Origin: an uncultured Bacilli bacterium
GTDB lineage: Bacteria; Bacillota_I; Bacilli_A; RF39; UBA660
DNA length: 64,000 bases
Direction: 5' to 3'
Assembly: GCA_934096295.1 (NCBI GenBank)
Contig: CAKOLL010000001.1
Location: forward strand, 180,229 to 244,228
Positions 57,619 through 64,000 of this stretch are shown one piece after another. A model generated the notes under the pieces. That model was not told the DNA's origin. It was given only the letters and a program-made list of their open reading frames with translations, and did no database searches. Within the stretch, counting starts at the first letter, position 1; each line of letters starts with the position of its first letter. The position numbers and the translations under genes were made by a program.

Positions 57619-58137
57619 TTAATTCTCCATCTTTAAATAATAATTATTTTCTAATAAATAGTCTTCTAAGGTTTTACCTTTGTCTAATTCAATTTTAAAA
57701 TGTTTATTATTTTTAAATTGTTCATATCTTTTGTCATAACTATTATATATCTTTTCTATATAATCCATGTTATTGCCTCTTTTAATAAATCGGTTTTTAT
57801 ATTCTTTTAACGCTTCTTTACTTGGAAAACACAAATAATAGTCAATACCATATTTTTCATAAATTGGTAAAATTTCATCAGGATGTATCCAAACTAAAAC
57901 AATATCATAATTTTTAATAGCAGATTTTATTGCCTTAATGTAATTTTCAGGAAACTCTTTATTTTTTATCCTATTTTTAGTACCTTTTAATTTTTCTAAA
58001 TCAGTTTTATCAACATTACTATAATCCCATTTATAAATACTACTTTCTATATCAATAACATTTTTATATTTTCTGGCTAATGTAGTTTTTCCCACTCCAG
58101 CAAAGCCAGCGATTACTAAACCTTTTTTATTTTCCAT
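57619..58137 (-). CDS. P-loop NTPase (small kinase-like ATP-binding protein)
   Basis: 172 aa with Walker A GLVIAGFAGVGKTTLARKY. Size and layout resemble nucleoside/nucleotide kinases. Confidence 0.55.
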   Translation of the reverse strand: MENKKGLVIAGFAGVGKTTLARKYKNVIDIESSIYKWDYSNVDKTDLEKLKGTKNRIKNKEFPENYIKAIKSAIKNYDIVLVWIHPDEILPIYEKYGIDYYLCFPSKEALKEYKNRFIKRGNNMDYIEKIYNSYDKRYEQFKNNKHFKIELDKGKTLEDYLLENNYYLKMEN

Positions 58138-58186
58138 GATACCTCCACTTAAAATAAGTATATCACAAATCGAATTCTAATTCATT

Positions 58187-59911
58187 TTAAATTTTATTAA
58201 AAAATAATTGTCTGTAGTATTCATTATTTTTTAACAAATTTTCATGAGTATTTACATCTTCGATTATTCCATTTCTTAACAAAATAATTGAGTCAGCAAA
58301 TGTAACTGTATAAACCTTATGGGTTACAATAATTATTGTCATTTTTTCTGATAGTTTTTTTATTATTTTCATTATTTCATTTTGGGCATTATTATCTAAA
58401 GAACTAGTTGATTCATCTAATATCAATACATTTGTTTTTTTACATAAAGCTCTCGCAATACTTAATCTTTGTTTTTGTCCTCCGGATAATTTACATCCGC
58501 CTTCACCGACTACAGTGTTAATACCATCTGGTAAACTTAATATATATTGTTTTAAGTATACCTCATTACATAATTCTATTATTTCATTATCCATTATGTT
58601 TGGATTAATTAATTTGAAATTTTCTTTAATAGACAAATTAAACAAATATGGGAATTGATTTATTATAGTTATATTATCCCGTATAAATTTTTCACTTAAT
58701 CGTTCTATTTCTATACCTTTAAATTTGATTATCCCACTATCTTTATAGTATAAATGACTAATTAAATTTATAAGCGTAGTTTTTCCACTACCACTTTCTC
58801 CTACTACAGCAATAGTTTTTTTACTACCAATTTTAAAAGATATATTTTTTAATGCTTTTTTTTTGGCATTATATGAAAAATTAACATTTTCGAATTGAAT
58901 ACTGCCATCATAATTTATTATAGTATCTTTACCCCAAACATCTTTTATATTCTCATTTTCTTCTAAAAATATAAGAAGCCTATCGGCATTTATTTTATAT
59001 CCTGCTAATTCATATCTTAAATCTCCTAATTCTTTTGCAAAAGAATATGTATGTTCTTTATATAAATAGCAAGTATAAAATATTGTTGGAAAAATATATC
59101 CATTTTTTAGTTGGAAACACCCTATTAATATAAAAATGAAATCAATTAAAGCTATTAAAAAATCTGTTAATTTATATAATGCTATACCGACATAATATTC
59201 TTGGTTATCAGTTTTTATATACTGTTTTTGGTATTTTTCGATTAACTTTAATATAGATTTATCACAATTTAATGTTTTAATATCTTTTACAGCTTTAATA
59301 ATTTCCATTATTTTCGAGTTTACTATTTCTCTTTTACTTTTAACAATTGGCTTTAACTTTGCCAAAAAGTATATTCTAATAGAATAAATTATAGAAATTA
59401 TAAATATAGATGTTAAAACAAATACCCCTAAATAAATGTTTAAGAAAAAAATAAAAATAATATAAGCGATTCTTCTGATAATATTAACTGCTAACTCACT
59501 TATTTCTTTAAAAGATTCGGAGATACTATTAATGTCAGAAATTATTCTAGTCATAATTTCACCACTAGCGATATTTTCATAATAAGCAAATTTCATATTT
59601 AAAATGCTATTTACCACTTTTTGCTCTATATCAAATCTTACTTTATTTTCTATATTTTTATATAAAAATGTATTAATGTAAGATAAGAAACAACTAAAAC
59701 TAAGAATACTAAAATTTATTAAACTTGATTGAATAACTTTGTCTATTTCAACATTTATAATACTTGTAATTAGTCTAGCCGTTAAAATAGCACTATAAAA
59801 TGAAATTGATGCTTTTAATAATAATATTGTTATAAATAATATATATAAGAAAAGATATTTTTTGTAAAATTCTAATATTATTTTTGTACTAACTCGTTTT
59901 ATTTTAGCCAT
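58187..59911 (-). CDS. ABC transporter, fused permease plus ATP-binding exporter
   Basis: 574 aa. Six N-terminal TMs, then GESGSGKTTL (Walker A), LSGGQKQRLSIARAL (signature), ILDESTSSLD (Walker B). Confidence 0.85.
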   Translation of the reverse strand: MAKIKRVSTKIILEFYKKYLFLYILFITILLLKASISFYSAILTARLITSIINVEIDKVIQSSLINFSILSFSCFLSYINTFLYKNIENKVRFDIEQKVVNSILNMKFAYYENIASGEIMTRIISDINSISESFKEISELAVNIIRRIAYIIFIFFLNIYLGVFVLTSIFIISIIYSIRIYFLAKLKPIVKSKREIVNSKIMEIIKAVKDIKTLNCDKSILKLIEKYQKQYIKTDNQEYYVGIALYKLTDFLIALIDFIFILIGCFQLKNGYIFPTIFYTCYLYKEHTYSFAKELGDLRYELAGYKINADRLLIFLEENENIKDVWGKDTIINYDGSIQFENVNFSYNAKKKALKNISFKIGSKKTIAVVGESGSGKTTLINLISHLYYKDSGIIKFKGIEIERLSEKFIRDNITIINQFPYLFNLSIKENFKLINPNIMDNEIIELCNEVYLKQYILSLPDGINTVVGEGGCKLSGGQKQRLSIARALCKKTNVLILDESTSSLDNNAQNEIMKIIKKLSEKMTIIIVTHKVYTVTFADSIILLRNGIIEDVNTHENLLKNNEYYRQLFFNKI

Positions 59912-60829
59912 TCAATACTCCTTAGTAATATTCTTTATTACCTTTGAAATTAGTATCTTATTATTTTTTTTATAGTTATCATTTATAAAATTTATTTTGT
60001 TATATAACCTTTTTATTTCTTTATTTTCTAAATATTCTATAAATATATTTATCATATTAAACATGTAATTATAGTTCATGCTAAAAAAAATATTGGTAGG
60101 AATATCAAATAAAAATAAACCATCTAAATATCCTTTTGCAAAACTAAAGTTTTTTTTATCAAGTTCATGATCACTTCGAGCATATGACCACATTAAACTT
60201 CTTGATACTTCAATGTAATTTGTATCCTCTATATCAATAGCATAAATTAAACCATTTGATATTAAAAAATTACTCGGCTTAATATCTGTATGTCCATATA
60301 CCATTAAACTATTTTTTATAAAATGAAAATTTTTTTGTAAATAACAAATAGTAAAAGTTATAAACTCTTGGGCAGTTTTTTCTAACTTTATATCTTTTAT
60401 CAATTTTTCTAGTTTTTTTATCTTTTCTAAAATCTCATTTTTATATGTAGTTATTGCATTTCTATCAACTTTTTTATCTATGTATTTATTTCTTAAATGA
60501 CTATATTTTTCACCTATTTTAAATCCTTGTTCATAAATAAATTTAGAATCGTACTTATTAATATTTTCTTTTAAATTGTTAGCTTCTATATATTCTTCGA
60601 TGATATAATAAAATTCATCAAAATTACCAATTTCTATAATATGAGGATGAGGAATATTACCTTCATTTAATATATTTTCTAAATCACTATTAATTTTTTG
60701 TTTTGTGATTTTCAAAAAATATTTTTTATTGTTTTTAATAAACAAATATTTTTCATCTCCAGAATAACCTTTTGTTACTATACTTATACTATGAACTTTA
60801 TTTAAAAATTTTATTTTATTATATTGCAT
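59912..60829 (-). CDS. Phosphotransferase enzyme family protein (APH / choline-kinase-like kinase fold)
   Basis: 305 aa with catalytic-loop-like GHTDIKPSNFLI and a following IDIED. Start abuts the ABC exporter stop. Confidence 0.55.
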   Translation of the reverse strand: MQYNKIKFLNKVHSISIVTKGYSGDEKYLFIKNNKKYFLKITKQKINSDLENILNEGNIPHPHIIEIGNFDEFYYIIEEYIEANNLKENINKYDSKFIYEQGFKIGEKYSHLRNKYIDKKVDRNAITTYKNEILEKIKKLEKLIKDIKLEKTAQEFITFTICYLQKNFHFIKNSLMVYGHTDIKPSNFLISNGLIYAIDIEDTNYIEVSRSLMWSYARSDHELDKKNFSFAKGYLDGLFLFDIPTNIFFSMNYNYMFNMINIFIEYLENKEIKRLYNKINFINDNYKKNNKILISKVIKNITKEY

Positions 60830-60915
60830 AACTTTGACTCCTCGAAGTAATTATAACATGCTTTAATTAAGGGATTGATATAAAATTAAGAATATTGTTA
60901 TTGGAAAAACTTATA

Positions 60916-61794
60916 TCAAATATTATTAAGATTTTTTACAATTTCATTTATCATATCTTTGGCTAAAAAATTTGTTTCAAGATAAAATGCCATGATTGTC
61001 CTTTTAATCGGTTTATAATTTTTCAACTCTATTTTTTTCAAATTATATTTTTTTAATAATTGTTCAGGGTATAGCCCTATTCCAACTCCATTTTTAATAA
61101 GATCTAAAACAGAGTCATCATGATGACACACAATTATTTTATTAAAATATGTTTTGAATGGAAAACTGTCATTTTTACCATCTCGTTCCTTAATTATAAC
61201 TGGGACATTTTTTAGATTGTTTAATTCTACGTAACTTTGAAAGTTAAAATACTCTGGATTATATAAAAAAGAATATGTATTTTCCACTATTACAGAAGAA
61301 GAAATTTCTTTTATGCAAAAATCAGAATCAACTTTCAAAAAAATTATATCAGCATCTTTATTTTGTAATTTTTTAACAATATCTTTTTCAGGAATATTTG
61401 GGATAAAATCAAAATTAATGTTATCACATTTTTTCACGAAATTATTCATAATAGGAAAAATATAATTTTTTTTAATAAAATGAGAGGCTGATATCTTAAA
61501 ATATTTTAGAATATTTTGATTTTTAATACGTACAGTGTTTGTTATAGCTTCTTTGAAATAAAAATTACCAACTTTAGCATATTCATAAAGAATCTTTCCT
61601 TCGTTAGTTAAAATGATACCTCTGGTATTTCTAAAAAATAATTTTACATTCAAACTATCTTCAAGATTTTTCATTGACTGACTTAAAGCAGATTGTGAAA
61701 TTTCTAAATGCTGTGATGCTCTTAAAATGCTCCCGTGTTCTGCTACACTACAAAAATATTTAATCGAATCATAGTTGATATCATTAATATTCAT
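60916..61794 (-). CDS. LysR family transcriptional regulator
   Basis: 292 aa with N-terminal HTH IKYFCSVAEHGSILRASQHLEISQSALSQSMKNLEDSLNVKLF. Confidence 0.8.
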   Translation of the reverse strand: MNINDINYDSIKYFCSVAEHGSILRASQHLEISQSALSQSMKNLEDSLNVKLFFRNTRGIILTNEGKILYEYAKVGNFYFKEAITNTVRIKNQNILKYFKISASHFIKKNYIFPIMNNFVKKCDNINFDFIPNIPEKDIVKKLQNKDADIIFLKVDSDFCIKEISSSVIVENTYSFLYNPEYFNFQSYVELNNLKNVPVIIKERDGKNDSFPFKTYFNKIIVCHHDDSVLDLIKNGVGIGLYPEQLLKKYNLKKIELKNYKPIKRTIMAFYLETNFLAKDMINEIVKNLNNI

Positions 61795-61862
61795 TTATTA
61801 CACCTCTTTATTAAAAAGCGATTTTATTATATACTAAAAAAAGGCAAAAGTAAACAATCGCC

Positions 61863-63041
61863 TTAAATATAATCCTTAAAAACTTTTTTATTTATTTTGT
61901 TTGCTATTACAAAAGTTATTAATAATAAAACAATTAATGATACTGCCAAATACTTAAATGATGTAATACCACGTATAACACATTTTCTACATATTAACCA
62001 TGTAAATACTTGAAAAATACCTCTTTCAATAAAATATACTTTATTTACTAAAATCCATTTTGATCTATCACCACAAGAATATGCACTCATGATTGATCCC
62101 CAGATAGGGTCTCCGAGTGTTGAGGTAACCGCAGACAAAAGGTACGCCACTAAAAGACCTTGCCAAGATAATGTTATTGATGCGATTAAAAGTGCTATGA
62201 TATCTACCAAAGCAACAATTGTCTCAGATAACAACAATTTCTTTTTACGTTTTAATTTTTCTAATAATTTTCCTGATATTACAAATAAAAGAATTGATTC
62301 AAGGATTGTATAACTTGCTTCAATATAACCTACTTTCTTTGTAATTAAAGGAGTTATTTCTGTTAAGGCTCCAAGTCCGATACACCATAATCCTGCGAGT
62401 ATGGCAAATAAAGATGTCGCTAAAATAATATTATTTTTTTCTTTTTTGGGTATTTCTTTATTCTTATCAATTGCTTCCATTATATCTTCATTTGGAATTT
62501 CTTTTAAACTAAAACAGAAAACAGTTTCTATTATTATCAAAATAAAAAAACTAAAAAAGTATATGCGAGGACTTAAATCATAAACAAATTGACTTATAAT
62601 TAAACCTAGTGTTCCCCCGATTACTGATGATCTTTCTTCTTCTATAAAACAAAATGGCTCATATTCTTTGTTTTGAGTATTTAGTTTTGTTAAGGAAGAA
62701 TTTTTAATACCTTTTATTAATCCTAAAAGAATCGTAAATAAATATATTGTATAAATATTTCTACAGCTAGCTATTATTAAGCCTAAACATATAAACATTA
62801 CGGTATAAAAAATATGATATACTTTATAATTAACTTTTATAGCATATTCAGTAACTTTGGTAAAACTCCTTGATGTTAATGTAGCAAATTCTAAAACTAT
62901 TGGCACTGATACAGCTACCCATGGGGTTACATTTTTAGCAAGAAGAAAAAGTACAATAACTCTGATAAAATAGTAATAATTAAATGATGAGGTTAGGGTA
63001 CTATACCTAATCATCTTAATATAATCCTTTTTAGTAGACAT
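61863..63041 (-). CDS. Polytopic membrane transporter (MFS-like)
   Basis: 392 aa with about 10-12 predicted TM helices and no soluble domain. The family call comes from topology only. Confidence 0.45.
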   Translation of the reverse strand: MSTKKDYIKMIRYSTLTSSFNYYYFIRVIVLFLLAKNVTPWVAVSVPIVLEFATLTSRSFTKVTEYAIKVNYKVYHIFYTVMFICLGLIIASCRNIYTIYLFTILLGLIKGIKNSSLTKLNTQNKEYEPFCFIEEERSSVIGGTLGLIISQFVYDLSPRIYFFSFFILIIIETVFCFSLKEIPNEDIMEAIDKNKEIPKKEKNNIILATSLFAILAGLWCIGLGALTEITPLITKKVGYIEASYTILESILLFVISGKLLEKLKRKKKLLLSETIVALVDIIALLIASITLSWQGLLVAYLLSAVTSTLGDPIWGSIMSAYSCGDRSKWILVNKVYFIERGIFQVFTWLICRKCVIRGITSFKYLAVSLIVLLLITFVIANKINKKVFKDYI

Positions 63042-63530
63042 TTATAACTCCTTTTTAAATATTACACTTGTACATTTACATGGTTTATTTTGACAGACAT
63101 TACAATAATCATCTGGATGTTTAAATCCCCAGTAATCTTTTATTCTCAAAATTTCTTCAAAATTATATTTTTTCATTAATGGTGCAATATTCATTCTTTC
63201 ATTTGATAATACTCCTTCACAAACAAGGTTTGCAAGATTTAACTTTCTTGCATAGTTAATAAAATAATTTAATAACATTGATCCAATAGATTTATTTCTA
63301 AATTCTTTTTTTATAACTATTGAATCGATATAAAAAGCATCCCCGATTATTTTTCCTGAACCAAAGCCAACTACTAAATCATTTTGTTTTGCCACTTTTA
63401 TATGTGAATTTTTGGTAATTTTTTTCCTTATATCAATTGCACAATCCCTACCCCATTCATCAATTCTAATTTCATTTATCGCATCAGCATATTTTTCTTC
63501 ATAGTCAACTAAATTTATAACGTATTTCAT
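63042..63530 (-). CDS. GNAT family N-acetyltransferase with Cys-rich C-terminus
   Basis: 162 aa. GNAT motif A region (IVIKKEFRNKSIGSMLLNYFINYAR). C-terminal CNVCQNKPCKC. Confidence 0.7.
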   Translation of the reverse strand: MKYVINLVDYEEKYADAINEIRIDEWGRDCAIDIRKKITKNSHIKVAKQNDLVVGFGSGKIIGDAFYIDSIVIKKEFRNKSIGSMLLNYFINYARKLNLANLVCEGVLSNERMNIAPLMKKYNFEEILRIKDYWGFKHPDDYCNVCQNKPCKCTSVIFKKEL

Positions 63531-63533
63531 TTT

Positions 63534-63869
63534 TTACCTCTTTATTAATTCAATTAATTTATCATATAATTCTTCTTTTAATAATTTACTAGCTAAATCG
63601 TAAGTATCTTTAACATTCATTTCATGTCCAACTTTTTCTTCATCTAAAGCCTTTTCTTTTATTATATCCCAGTTGATATGAGAGTATTTATTTTTAGTTT
63701 CATCACTTACTTTTGATAAACATTCACCGATTTTTATAACTCTATTTATAATTTTATTAAATTCGGATGTATTATCAAAGAAAAAAGTTTTATCTTTATC
63801 TTTGGTTATTAAATCTAACTCGTTAATATACTTAATTATATTTTTTATTATTAATTCGTCTTTATTCAT
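63534..63869 (-). CDS. Small helical protein, possibly a HepT/DUF86-like nucleotidyltransferase-substrate-binding protein
   Basis: 111 aa, all-helical composition. INWDIIKEKALDEEKVGHEM is only loosely like the R-x(4-6)-H-x-Y motif. Weak. Confidence 0.3.
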   Translation of the reverse strand: MNKDELIIKNIIKYINELDLITKDKDKTFFFDNTSEFNKIINRVIKIGECLSKVSDETKNKYSHINWDIIKEKALDEEKVGHEMNVKDTYDLASKLLKEELYDKLIELIKR

Positions 63870-63991
63870 TTTTTTACTCTCCTTAGTTCAAATTATATCA
63901 AAATTATTTTATATAAACAATGATTTTAAAATAGCATTAAAAATTAGTAACATTTTATTTATTTGTATGATAAAATAAACTTACTAGGGAG

Positions 63992-64000
63992 ATGGTTGTT
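63992..64000 (+). CDS. Possible start of a plus-strand gene running out of the window
   Basis: AGGGAG RBS (63986-63991) followed by ATG at 63992. Only 3 codons are visible. Confidence 0.2.

Noticed and set aside
1-64000. CRISPR arrays, IS elements, integrases
   Set aside because: I found no short regularly spaced direct repeats, no transposase- or integrase-like ORFs and no terminal inverted repeats by eye. The only sizeable DNA repeat is the intragenic tandem duplication at 50.4-51.35 kb.

Overview
This 64-kb window comes from a very AT-rich, low-GC Gram-positive (Bacillota-type) chromosome. Coding density is high and all but one confidently called gene lie on the minus strand.

Most of the window is a housekeeping backbone whose gene orders match Bacillus-type syntenies:
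- rpmF-yceD, mutL, yqeG-yqeH and a tRNA-Arg(CCG).
- A type-2 isoleucyl-tRNA synthetase preceded by a T-box leader.
- A PatA/PatB-like MBOAT plus SGNH-hydrolase pair, a membrane-anchored serpin, and polA-mutM.
- The sporulation pro-sigma-K gene, which is the only plus-strand gene.
- rpsP-khpA, then an N-domain-less clpB sitting behind a CIRCE operator.
- cadC-cadA, a Panacea (DUF4065) antitoxin-like gene, a LiaF-like/DUF4097 pair and priA.
- The fmt...rlmN-prpC-prkC-rsgA-rpe block, then topA, ltaS, rbgA-rnhB and maf.

From about 46.7 kb to the window end the content looks accessory:
- A RhuM family gene.
- A frameshifted DinD/Bro-N-like gene.
- A nucleotide-metabolism-like cluster (NDT-like, metallophosphoesterase, cytoplasmic BspA-type LRR protein, histidine phosphatase, P-loop NTPase).
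- A cluster of ABC exporter, kinase-like phosphotransferase, LysR regulator, MFS transporter, GNAT and a HepT-like protein.

The most unusual content is two paralogous giant sigma-70 family proteins of 801 and 1019 aa.
- Each has sigma-A-like regions 1.2 to 4, followed by a roughly 430-640 aa C-terminal extension.
- The extension consists of reiterated '[KY]-[AFY]-[FY]-G-x-[ND]-[LF]' modules and ends in a second region-4-like HTH.
- A neighbouring 393-aa protein carries the same region-4-like module.
- The 1019-aa gene also contains a near-perfect tandem duplication of about 465 bp.

Other notable points:
- An in-frame TAA splits rpe.
- A diverged duplicate of the rbgA 5' end flanks the RhuM insertion.
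- There are two GC-rich candidate ncRNAs that I could not assign to a family.
- The clpB promoter overlaps the CIRCE element.

I have no database hits. Every call rests on motifs and synteny read directly from the translations and the DNA.
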